47,017 bases of DNA from a virus. Of this stretch, positions 5,392-14,242 are shown one piece after another (positions within the stretch are counted from its first letter, which is position 1; every line of letters begins with the position of its first letter). The stretch is taken from IMG/VR virus record IMGVR_UViG_3300038701_001735, positions 1-47,017 of that record. One strand, 5' to 3'. Both the position numbers and the translations under genes were made by a program. The notes under the pieces are model-generated. The model was not told the origin of the DNA. It was given only the letters and a program-made list of their open reading frames with translations, and did not search any database.

Positions 5392-8300
5392 CAGAGAAAC
5401 TCCACAGAAAGAACGGGCTTGTCTGCTGTCAGGTCCAAGTCGCCGCCAGAATTTTGGAACACCCGCGCTCCGATGGTGTCTCCGGGGCTGACGCTGATGA
5501 TGCCGGTTGTCAGGCTCCCGAATGACTCATTGGATGCTACACGGCGATCATCTGCCGTGGCCGATCCATTAAGGAGAATCGTAGCAAGTCGCGCCCCCGT
5601 GCTGTTGTTCTCCCACGCCCATCGAAACGTGATGTTCGCGTATTTGATCCCGTTCGGAACGGTGATGTTGTAGGAGCCATCCACCGCATCCAATGGATCG
5701 ACGCCAATGCTGTTGAACGAAACCACAGTAGGAACGCCGGTTGGGATTGTTTGGGCTGCGTCACGGGTCACACGAACGCCAGCATGCGCTTTCCCATAAG
5801 CCAACCCGCCAAGACGCGAAGCTTGATCAGGCCCGGTCGAGAAAATCGTCATATCCGCGCCATCTTCAATCGTCGGAAGCGAAATGCTGTTGCCCGTGGA
5901 ATACCCGTAAACCACGTTGCCCCAAGAATGCTGGCCCGTAGTTGTGGATGCTTTAGCGATGATTGATCCTTGGCCACCTATTATAACGTTGTGGCGTGAC
6001 TTTTGCTCTGACGAACCCCATCCGGACAACGTGTCATCAGCATGCCAAGTCAGGGAGCCGCCCCAACGACAGCCGACGAGAGTATTCCCATCCGTGTCAC
6101 CAAAGTGGAGATGTTGGCTGATCGCGCCAAAGAACGTGCAGGACTCGAACGTGTTAAGCGAAACGTTTCCGTCAAAGTCTGCGCCCGTCCCCCAGCAAAC
6201 CAAGGTATAAGCCGTGTTCCCTCCGATGCCTCGATTGCATCCAAACAGACGGAACACGTTGTCAGTCATCGACGCATTACCATCGCCAGACGTTCCGGCG
6301 GCATTCGCCACACCATTGAGGCAGACGCCGAAGGAGAAATTTGCCGATGTGCATCGAATGGATGCCACGTTCCACCGACCGCCCCTCTGGCTGATCAACT
6401 CAAGGCCAATGGTCGCGACGTTCTGCCCATCAAGGACAATCCCGTCCATGCCGTTCCCCATCGCAACCCGGCCCGCCCCGGTTTCATCGGCAATAGTGAT
6501 CCGAAACATCTTGTCACCAGTCGTGCCGGAATCCCATTGGATCACGACAGGAGCATTGGCGAGAAACTGAGCATAACCGTCTTCGACAAGGCTCAAATCC
6601 GCTGCCTCAAACGCCCCGCCGATGTGTCGAATGCAGTCTCCTGTCTGGGTCAATGTGTCGGTGATGACATAGACACCATCCGGCCAATGGAGTTTTCCGC
6701 CGTTGTTCGCCTCCATGTAGTCAATCGCCGCCTGCAACGCCGCCGTGTCGTCGGTCGATCCATCGCCCGTCGCGCCGAAGTGTTTGACGGAGGTATCTCC
6801 CGCCGGGATGACATTCGACATGTCCGAGATAGCCGACGACGAAGCAACCTTCTGGAATTGCAGATCGCCGATCTTGAAGTGCTGGCCCACATACATCTTG
6901 GACAACGCGGCAATCGCGGCAGCACGGGTCGAGAACTCCAAGACAGAAAAGCCGCCATGCCGAACCCGACCATCTGTCGAAAAGACCGCCGCCCTTCGAT
7001 CAGTCAGGTTGTGGTCGTTCGCATCATCAAGAGACGCATCAAGCTCAATCTCGAACACACCACCGTCAGAAGTCGTCGCGTTGCCGCTTGCCGAAAACAG
7101 TTTGCCGTCACTCGGGAGCGTGATCTTCACCCGGCCCCGGTTGACGATCTGGCAATCCGTGTTCGGCATGTTCACGCCAAAGGTGCCTGTGCTGGTCGCA
7201 TCACCGCATTCACAGACAATATCGCTTCCACGGCGAACCGTGATCCGAGATGTCGGCCAAACCAGATCAGACGGGTGATTGCCCGGTTCGATCAGATTGA
7301 TGACGCCTTCGGCGTTCTGCGCGTTGGCCGTCCAAGCTCCATCCTTGAGCGTGTGTTCGTGTTGGGCGATGCCGTTAAAAACGATCACGCCTTGAATATC
7401 AAACAGCTTGTGGCCTGCCGTCCGCGTCCTCGTGTATCCGCTGATATAAGCTCGCGCCCACTTCACATGAAACGGCACGTCGATGCTTTCGATATCCGCA
7501 TCAATGACCGTCACAGACGTGTAATCGTCCTGCGTCTTGCCTGCGAGAGAGCGATCATCCGCGCCTCCCGTGTTGTTGTCGTCCGTGAACAGGAACATCC
7601 CGCGGCCGCTGGAATTGCGCACAACCGGCGAGACCAGACGGATATTGATGCCCCGGATGGCAAAGCCTTCTTCTTCCGTCCTGTCGGATTTGCAGTTGAT
7701 GAACGTGATGTTCTCGCAGCCGTGATGCGTATCGAAAGCGGCCTGCGCTCCCGTGTTGGTGCCTACGCAATCGCGGATGGTGCAGCCATAAGGCCCAGCA
7801 GCGGCAATAATCGAGTTCCCTTCCTCGCCCGCCGTGATCGACGCGGAGCCGGTCGTGTAACCGTGCCGGCAGAAATCCCACCGGCAGTTATCAACTACCG
7901 TGCCATAGCCCTTATCTTCGACTCCGTAGCCATATTGATTGTCGCCCGTATTGTTTTCCAGATGGCGGGCTGTGCAGTTCGTCACCTTCATATTGACGGT
8001 GCCGTTCAACTGGATGCAGCCATCGTAGCCGCGTTGCTGGTCGATGTTGGCGAACTCGCCCGTGTAGCCGAACACGCTGAACGCCGTGCCCTGCCAGATC
8101 GACCCCGACCCCTGCCCATGCCCTTCGGCATACATGATCCGGGCGTTCCGGACGTTCAGCAACTTGATGGCTGGAATCGCAATCCTCGCACTCTGCGCTG
8201 TCGTGAAGGCATCAATCCGTGCCTCGTCAGATGTGGCGGTGCCCGTGCCCGTCCCGGCACCCGTCGCAGTGAAGGTCACTCCCTTGGTGTTCGATGCAGC

Positions 8301-9530
8301 CCCGATGGCTGTGAAGTCAGTCGATCCGACCGTGAGGATCGTATAGCTGCGCCCCGTGACGAACGATCCCGCCGTGACAATGCCCTGGTCTGCGTTGGCG
8401 GTGCTTATACCCCTGACCCGCGAAAGCGGCGCCTTGAGAGCGATGCTGGTGGCCGTCGTGCCGGTGGCGGCGAATGCCCATTCGGCAACTCGGAACTGGT
8501 TGGCGTTGTCCTCGCTGTCACGGTTGTAAGGAGCGATCGCATCCGAAAGGACAATGAAAGGTTGCCCAACGTCCAGCGCCGTGGTCGTGGTACTGACCGG
8601 GATCGTCAACGCGCCCTTGGTGTAGTTCGCGCTCAGGTCGTAATATCTGATCGTTGCAGGCGGGAAGGAAAACAGCGTTCCAGAACTGTTCTTGAAAATC
8701 GTCGCACCGCGGAAGTCGACGTTGATATCTTCGCCGCTGGTCGTGATCGTGTCCGTGACAAGATAGACGGCACCCGCCTTGCCGAGAAGTTTGCGACCCT
8801 TTCTGGCTTGCTGCCATGTGAACGCCGCCTGAATTGCCGCTGTGTCGTCGGTTCCGGTTGCGCTGGTGCGATCTGCGGAAATGACGGCGTTGCCCAAGGC
8901 GCCAAAAGTGCGGAACGACGTGGTGTCGCCACTTGGGGCCATGTCGTCAAGGTCAGGGATAAACCTGACGCCTGTGGCCTTTACATAGTCATCGCCATCA
9001 ACGCGATATACCGTGCCTTCCGGGTCATCACTGAACTGACCGCCGGCTCGATAAGTGATCAAATCGGTGCGCTTGTCCAGCGTGACGGAGGTAGCCCCTG
9101 CCTGCGCCAAGTCGTAGGCGCTGTCAGCCAGATTGTAGGCATCGTCGGCGCGTTCAAGCCCTGCGGTTCCCTTGTCCGCGTCCCGTCGAAGCTCTTGCAG
9201 GGCCGCCGCACTCCGGCCGAGTTCTGCGTTCAGCTTAGCAACGATATTGGGCTCCCCGTTGATGTAGTCCTCAGCGCGATCTGGATTGATATACCCGTCG
9301 ATCCGCAAGATGTCGGCACCATCAAGGGCCGCGTCGAAAGTGATGGAGGCATTGTCGGAATAGCCGTCGACATAACTCGCTGAAATCTCAAAGTCTGACC
9401 TTTCGACGTTGTTGACATAGACTTTCAGATCCGTGTTCGAAAACAGGCGAAAGCCAACGAGAAAAGGCCCCGCGCTGGCGGAGCCTAGTGTTACCGTCTT
9501 TGAGCGGTCATCTGCGGGTATCGTAGCCAT
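5391..9530 (-). CDS. Tailspike/tail fibre, 1379 aa, with two pectate-lyase-like beta-helix modules
   Basis: Two copies of the GA-x-GDG/TG-TDDTAA(I/L)QAA signature: FGALGN..ATGTDDTAAIQAAF and FGATGDGSTDDTAALQAAIDY. The N-terminal ~120 aa look like a particle-binding domain. Confidence 0.8.
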   Translation of the reverse strand: MATIPADDRSKTVTLGSASAGPFLVGFRLFSNTDLKVYVNNVERSDFEISASYVDGYSDNASITFDAALDGADILRIDGYINPDRAEDYINGEPNIVAKLNAELGRSAAALQELRRDADKGTAGLERADDAYNLADSAYDLAQAGATSVTLDKRTDLITYRAGGQFSDDPEGTVYRVDGDDYVKATGVRFIPDLDDMAPSGDTTSFRTFGALGNAVISADRTSATGTDDTAAIQAAFTWQQARKGRKLLGKAGAVYLVTDTITTSGEDINVDFRGATIFKNSSGTLFSFPPATIRYYDLSANYTKGALTIPVSTTTTALDVGQPFIVLSDAIAPYNRDSEDNANQFRVAEWAFAATGTTATSIALKAPLSRVRGISTANADQGIVTAGSFVTGRSYTILTVGSTDFTAIGAASNTKGVTFTATGAGTGTGTATSDEARIDAFTTAQSARIAIPAIKLLNVRNARIMYAEGHGQGSGSIWQGTAFSVFGYTGEFANIDQQRGYDGCIQLNGTVNMKVTNCTARHLENNTGDNQYGYGVEDKGYGTVVDNCRWDFCRHGYTTGSASITAGEEGNSIIAAAGPYGCTIRDCVGTNTGAQAAFDTHHGCENITFINCKSDRTEEEGFAIRGINIRLVSPVVRNSSGRGMFLFTDDNNTGGADDRSLAGKTQDDYTSVTVIDADIESIDVPFHVKWARAYISGYTRTRTAGHKLFDIQGVIVFNGIAQHEHTLKDGAWTANAQNAEGVINLIEPGNHPSDLVWPTSRITVRRGSDIVCECGDATSTGTFGVNMPNTDCQIVNRGRVKITLPSDGKLFSASGNATTSDGGVFEIELDASLDDANDHNLTDRRAAVFSTDGRVRHGGFSVLEFSTRAAAIAALSKMYVGQHFKIGDLQFQKVASSSAISDMSNVIPAGDTSVKHFGATGDGSTDDTAALQAAIDYMEANNGGKLHWPDGVYVITDTLTQTGDCIRHIGGAFEAADLSLVEDGYAQFLANAPVVIQWDSGTTGDKMFRITIADETGAGRVAMGNGMDGIVLDGQNVATIGLELISQRGGRWNVASIRCTSANFSFGVCLNGVANAAGTSGDGNASMTDNVFRLFGCNRGIGGNTAYTLVCWGTGADFDGNVSLNTFESCTFFGAISQHLHFGDTDGNTLVGCRWGGSLTWHADDTLSGWGSSEQKSRHNVIIGGQGSIIAKASTTTGQHSWGNVVYGYSTGNSISLPTIEDGADMTIFSTGPDQASRLGGLAYGKAHAGVRVTRDAAQTIPTGVPTVVSFNSIGVDPLDAVDGSYNITVPNGIKYANITFRWAWENNSTGARLATILLNGSATADDRRVASNESFGSLTTGIISVSPGDTIGARVFQNSGGDLDLTADKPVLSVEFL

Positions 9531-9572
9531 GCGGCAAAAGTGCCGCGCGTAGGCCCCCGCGACGTATGCACG

Positions 9573-12065
9573 TTAGGGGTTAAAGGACGGCGCTCGATCG
9601 GGAAGCATCTCGCCCGGTTGCCAATATGACTGGTTCCCGTAGTCCGTTCGCTGCCGGTTGATCTGCTTGCGCATTTCGGCATCGGCCTCCGGGTCAAGGA
9701 TCTTCTGCATCTGATCCCAGAGCATTCGGTCCATAGCGGCGCGGGTAGGCCAGAAGGTCGAGCCCGGCGTGTAGCGAGACAGGAACCGCGTCAGATCGCG
9801 CCCGGCGTTTGCCTCGTCGCCGCGCATGGCCGCAACCGCATTGCCTGCCGTCAGATTGAAGGAGTCCTGCGCCAGATTGACCATGGGCCCGGCAATCCAG
9901 TTGGCCAAGCCGCCACCGATCCGGGTTTCCGCTGCGTTGAACAGATCGCCCGCAACGCCCGCGCCGCCACCTTGAAGGAACGCCGCGGCCCAAAAATTCG
10001 GCTGATCCATCGGGCGCGGATCGTTGCCCTTTGCGACCTCTTTCAGTTGAACGCCCACGGCACCCATGACGGTGAACATGGCAAGGCCCGCCATCATGTA
10101 TTCGCCCTTCCGCATCGGCGTGGGCGCGGCCATGAACTGACGGGCCTGGTTGATTGTGAAGGTCAGGGCATAGCTCTTATAGGACAGCATCGACCTCTCA
10201 AGCTCACCTGCGATCGTGCCCGGCTTGCCCCATCCGCCAAGGGTCGCCCGCGCCTCGTAGTTGATCGACGGCACAGCGATTTCGCCATACTCGCGACCAA
10301 GGCCCTCGATCGTCAGGGCGATCCGCTCCGCTTGCTCCACGTCCATACCGGCCTGCACCGCGGAATTTTTCCAGTAGTAAGGCGATGCGAACCGCTCCCC
10401 GCTGTCGGTGACGAAATGGTGGTCACGGTTGGCGAACAGCGCCCAATCCTCGTCCGTGATGCCGCGCTGCCGCAGGGCCTTGGCAAGTTGCGGGTCGAGA
10501 TCGCCAAGCGTTCGAGCGTCAGCCAGCGCGCCGGCAAACTCCATCTGGAACGCAATGCGCCCCATGTCTGTCCAGAACGCAAGCCCTTGGGCGCGCATGA
10601 CAAATCCGTTCAATCTCTCTGACCATTCCGACGACGGCGCCTCGCCCATGAAACGCGCCATCGTATTTCCCGCATCGGCCAACGTGTCCGCGATATACCC
10701 CATCCGGGCCGCGGACTCCCGCGTGGCCGATGACGCCATAAGATTGACGTGCCGGCTAATCGGGTTGCGCGGGTTCATCCCGATCGACCGCGCCGCCAAG
10801 CCCATGGCAACGCTGTCCGACATGGACACAAGCATTGCGGAGCCAAGGTGCGCGGCGCTCATGACCTGACGAACGCCAGAGAAGAACCGGGCACGAACCT
10901 GGTGGTTCGCCGCAGGGACATGGTGCCGACCGCTGATATCGTCCAGCATGGTCTGCGCCTTCTTGTAGGCGCCATCCAGCTTGTCGAGGCCCTTGGGGTC
11001 GTTCTGCAAGGCCTTTCGCGCGTAGTCATAGACGTTCTGCAAGCCGGTTGTGTGAGACGGCCCGAGAACCCGCATCATTGCGATATCGCGCGCCATAGCG
11101 TGAGCGTGACCCATGATCGCCTCGAACGGTCCAGATGACCCAAACCGCTCGTTGTATTTCATCCATGCGTCCGCGTTCTTGAAGTGCAGGATGCGCGGAT
11201 CGCTGTGCTTGTTGTGAAGGGCCCGGCCCTGCTTCATGCTCCAGGTGACGGTCTGCTTGTTGATCCCGTCCGTGTAGATCGTGTCGAAGATATCGGAGAG
11301 AAACCCGCGCTGCACATCGGCGGGCGGCGGGCGACCATCGGCCGAGAACGGGCGCCGCGTGGCGTAATTCTGGATCTTCGACCAATCCAGAAGCGGCGCA
11401 ATCTCCTTGAACCAGTTGTCGAACGCCTCGTCTTTGGTCGCGCCGGCTTCAATGATGGACCGGCGGTCATGCTTGTGCGGGATGTCGTAGTATTCCAGCT
11501 TGCCAATATCGCCACCGGCCGCGTTGAACAAAAGGCGCATACGCTCGAAGGAGTCTCGAACCGCGCTGGCAACGGCCTTGGCTTGCGGTGACGTGCTGCC
11601 CTCGCCGTTCAATTCGCGCATCACGTCCTTGAGCATCGCCTTGTTCCGGACGCTGCCCTTGATGTCGCGGGAGTGGTAGCGAAACGCCTCTTGAAGATCT
11701 GCATTGAACTGCGCGCGCAGAGCGTTCATCTCGGCCACGACGTTCCGGTTCCGGTTGGGCGAGTTAGAGGCGAACTCGATCACGCGCAGCGGAAGCTCCC
11801 ACTTCTTTTCCGCGTTCTGCACCATCAGGAAATTTTCGCGCATCTTGCTCAGTTGCGCCATGGTCGTGTGTCGCTTGGTCTTGAGGCCTTGTCGAAGAAC
11901 AGCCTCCACGTCTTCGGCTGCGGCTTGCTCTGCCATGTGGCGGCTGTATCCGGCCCGCTCATAGCGATCCGCGGCCTCGCGCCACAACTCAGTTGCCGCC
12001 TCGCCTCTTTCCTTTTGCGTGGCGTCCGCGCCCATCGCGCGGCGAATGCAGTCTGCAAAGCTCAT
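9573..12065 (-). CDS. Internal virion / ejection protein, 830 aa
   Basis: Start at MSFADC in an ATGA overlap with the upstream stop, with GGAGG 7 nt upstream. Position is equivalent to T7 gp15/gp16. Confidence 0.65.
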   Translation of the reverse strand: MSFADCIRRAMGADATQKERGEAATELWREAADRYERAGYSRHMAEQAAAEDVEAVLRQGLKTKRHTTMAQLSKMRENFLMVQNAEKKWELPLRVIEFASNSPNRNRNVVAEMNALRAQFNADLQEAFRYHSRDIKGSVRNKAMLKDVMRELNGEGSTSPQAKAVASAVRDSFERMRLLFNAAGGDIGKLEYYDIPHKHDRRSIIEAGATKDEAFDNWFKEIAPLLDWSKIQNYATRRPFSADGRPPPADVQRGFLSDIFDTIYTDGINKQTVTWSMKQGRALHNKHSDPRILHFKNADAWMKYNERFGSSGPFEAIMGHAHAMARDIAMMRVLGPSHTTGLQNVYDYARKALQNDPKGLDKLDGAYKKAQTMLDDISGRHHVPAANHQVRARFFSGVRQVMSAAHLGSAMLVSMSDSVAMGLAARSIGMNPRNPISRHVNLMASSATRESAARMGYIADTLADAGNTMARFMGEAPSSEWSERLNGFVMRAQGLAFWTDMGRIAFQMEFAGALADARTLGDLDPQLAKALRQRGITDEDWALFANRDHHFVTDSGERFASPYYWKNSAVQAGMDVEQAERIALTIEGLGREYGEIAVPSINYEARATLGGWGKPGTIAGELERSMLSYKSYALTFTINQARQFMAAPTPMRKGEYMMAGLAMFTVMGAVGVQLKEVAKGNDPRPMDQPNFWAAAFLQGGGAGVAGDLFNAAETRIGGGLANWIAGPMVNLAQDSFNLTAGNAVAAMRGDEANAGRDLTRFLSRYTPGSTFWPTRAAMDRMLWDQMQKILDPEADAEMRKQINRQRTDYGNQSYWQPGEMLPDRAPSFNP

Positions 12066-14242
12066 TGCGGGCCTCCGATGCGGCACATATTGACCTCCTT
12101 CAAGAAGGCCTCGTCGCCGTCCATGTCATCCAGCCAATCCTTCGGGCTGCGGGTTTCCATGACGCCGGGTTCGACCTCGATCGTGACGCCAACCTCTGAA
12201 AACTCTGGGTTGCTTTCCAGGAACTCGCGCATGTCATCCGCCGCGGCCTTGTTCGCGCCAAACAGGCCTTCGCCCATCGGATCGTCAAACAGGTCCATAC
12301 GGGCCTTGTCGTGGGGGTCGAACAATCCGCCGACCTCACTGTCGGGACCGCGCGCATCGCCCCCCATACGGGCGCCCATGGCCTCCTGGAGCCTATCCCG
12401 CGCTGTGATGGGCTCGACGCCCTCTATGAGTTGCTGTTCGCCTGCTGCCGTCGGCTCTGTGCGCGGGCTTCGATCCGCTTGATCACCCGCTCGGCCGCTT
12501 CCCGCTGCTGCGGCGTCCGGTCCTCGCGTTGCAGGATCGCTTGAGCCTTGCGGTGGTTCCGCTGCATTTCGCGGGTCATCCCAAGGTAGGTCTGCATATC
12601 GGTGTTCATCGGCTCCCGCCCTCTGTAGGTCTGCCCGGTCAATCTCGTCGAGGCTGTCATCAATGCGGCCACCATACTGCCCGATTATGTTGACGAGCGC
12701 ATCCTTTTCTTCGGCGGTCAGCATCTCGTCGATGCCCCGGCCCACAAGCGCATCGTTGACCTGCCCTCGCACCCGCTCCATTTCGTCAGACAATTCGACC
12801 GCATCGCCACCGTAATCAACCGGCTCGATCGGTTCGTCCGCCAGATCGCGCAGGCGTTGATACTCGGCAAGCTGTTCCTCCAACTCCCGAATGCGCCGAT
12901 TGGGCCCGATATCCACCGTCTCGTTGTTCAACTCGCGGGCAAGCTGTTGAAGGAAGCCCTCTTGGTTGATGTAGATGCCATCGTCCGACCGCCCGGCAAG
13001 ATCGGTGATACCGGGAAACTCGCCTTCCAATTCATCCGCCGGCAGGTTGTCCAGATCATCCTGCCCACGACGCGAAAACAGGCCCGGTCTGGACCTGCTT
13101 GTGATGCCGAGGGATTGAAGCGTCTGCGCGGCCTGCCCGCCGGGGCGGATTTGCGACGTTCGAATGGTGCCATCCGGCAGTCGCTCGGGTTCCCGCTGCA
13201 TGAGATACCGCGACATGGGCTTGGGCGGCAGGCCTTCCTCTTGCTGTAGGCGCTCAATTTCAGCCCGTAGGGACGCCTCTACGTCGTCCTGGGCCATCTG
13301 GTCGGGTTGGGCCGGGATAACGTCCTGTGGCCGCTCTGTGGGCCTCTCAGGGGGTGTGTCGGACGGGGTGAAGTCGAAGATGGCGTCATTCTCGGTGGCG
13401 ATCCGCTCTGCCTCGTCGATCGCCGCCTGTGCTTCCACGCCTTTCTCGGGCGCGTAGTCGGGAACTTGCTGCACCCGCGACCGGGCATATTCCAGCGCGC
13501 GGGCGTATTCCTGACTGACCTGGGCCCGGCCTGCGCGGGTTGCCACCGTCAGACCCCCATAGAACGCACCACCGAGAGCCGCGCCGAGGGCGATCTGCGC
13601 GGCTGCGTTTGGCCGTTCGATGTTCAGGTAGTCGGCCATCTGATTCTGGCGGGGCAGGATCGCGGCTTCCGCTGCGGCGCCAAGCGCGGATTCACGCAGG
13701 AATATTCGCGCCACAGAACCCGTTCCGCCGGATGCAAGGCCAAGCATGATGCTTGTCGGGTCCGTCAGGGCGGCGGCGCTGCGGCCCAAGAACGACGCAA
13801 CACCCGGCATCACCCCCACCATGCCCGCGGTATCCATCACGTCCTGATATTCCGCCTGGTATTCTTCCCGCACGAAGGTGTCGAACTCGTCGGAAGTAGT
13901 TGGCAAGCCCCGAAACAGGTCCGGTGACGATTGCGCCGCCTCTTGCGCCATTTGCAGGATAAGGCCGCTTTCCCGACGTTCGCGCCGGCCCGGCTGTTCC
14001 CGGCGAGGCGCGTTCTCAGCGAGGCGCCGGTTCACTTCATCCTCGCCCATCGCCTCCGTCACGGCAGACCGGATGCGGTCCCTGACCTCGGCTTGAAGCG
14101 ATCCAAGCTGGCCGTAGGAATCAGTCTCGATCCGCTCCGCTTCGAAGTTTGACGCAAGCCCCTGCCAAAACGACTGAACGCCGCGGCTTGGAAGGCGCGG
14201 CGTCAATTCGGGAGCGACGAAATTCTCGCCAGACACAAACAT
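12062..14242 (-). CDS. Internal virion / ejection protein (726-aa ORF as read; see the frame anomaly at 12424..12684)
   Basis: Long ORF in a TGATG overlap with the upstream gene. Acidic and coiled-coil rich. Confidence 0.6.
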   Translation of the reverse strand: MFVSGENFVAPELTPRLPSRGVQSFWQGLASNFEAERIETDSYGQLGSLQAEVRDRIRSAVTEAMGEDEVNRRLAENAPRREQPGRRERRESGLILQMAQEAAQSSPDLFRGLPTTSDEFDTFVREEYQAEYQDVMDTAGMVGVMPGVASFLGRSAAALTDPTSIMLGLASGGTGSVARIFLRESALGAAAEAAILPRQNQMADYLNIERPNAAAQIALGAALGGAFYGGLTVATRAGRAQVSQEYARALEYARSRVQQVPDYAPEKGVEAQAAIDEAERIATENDAIFDFTPSDTPPERPTERPQDVIPAQPDQMAQDDVEASLRAEIERLQQEEGLPPKPMSRYLMQREPERLPDGTIRTSQIRPGGQAAQTLQSLGITSRSRPGLFSRRGQDDLDNLPADELEGEFPGITDLAGRSDDGIYINQEGFLQQLARELNNETVDIGPNRRIRELEEQLAEYQRLRDLADEPIEPVDYGGDAVELSDEMERVRGQVNDALVGRGIDEMLTAEEKDALVNIIGQYGGRIDDSLDEIDRADLQRAGADEHRYADLPWDDPRNAAEPPQGSSDPATRGPDAAAAGSGRAGDQADRSPRTEPTAAGEQQLIEGVEPITARDRLQEAMGARMGGDARGPDSEVGGLFDPHDKARMDLFDDPMGEGLFGANKAAADDMREFLESNPEFSEVGVTIEVEPGVMETRSPKDWLDDMDGDEAFLKEVNMCRIGGPQ
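12424..12609 (-). CDS. Embedded alternative-frame ORF, 61 aa (MNTDMQTYLGMTREMQRNHRKAQAIL...)
   Basis: GGGAG lies upstream of the ATG. By hand count, third-position GC is about 82% in this frame versus about 45% in the host ORF frame over the same DNA. Confidence 0.4.
   Translation of the reverse strand: MNTDMQTYLGMTREMQRNHRKAQAILQREDRTPQQREAAERVIKRIEARAQSRRQQANSNS

Noticed and set aside
6042-9383. 1113-aa plus-strand ORF antisense to the tailspike gene. Similar long antisense ORFs occur at 25022..26932, 20951..21988, 14974..15909, 2360..3187 and 3251..4531.
   Set aside because: Their composition is Arg/Pro/Gly-rich and junk-like. They lie opposite genes with clear motifs such as terL, the capsid gene and the tailspike. 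Long stop-free antisense frames are expected at about 62% GC.
9694-11572. Same-strand alternative-frame ORFs inside the ejection-protein genes: 9694..9993, 10313..10603, 11026..11385, 11234..11572, 14708..15076 and 15284..15698
   Set aside because: Their translations are Arg/Gly/Pro-rich. Where I checked, they have no SD-ATG context, and the host frames read as normal protein. They differ in this respect from the 12424..12609 and 34009..34476 cases.
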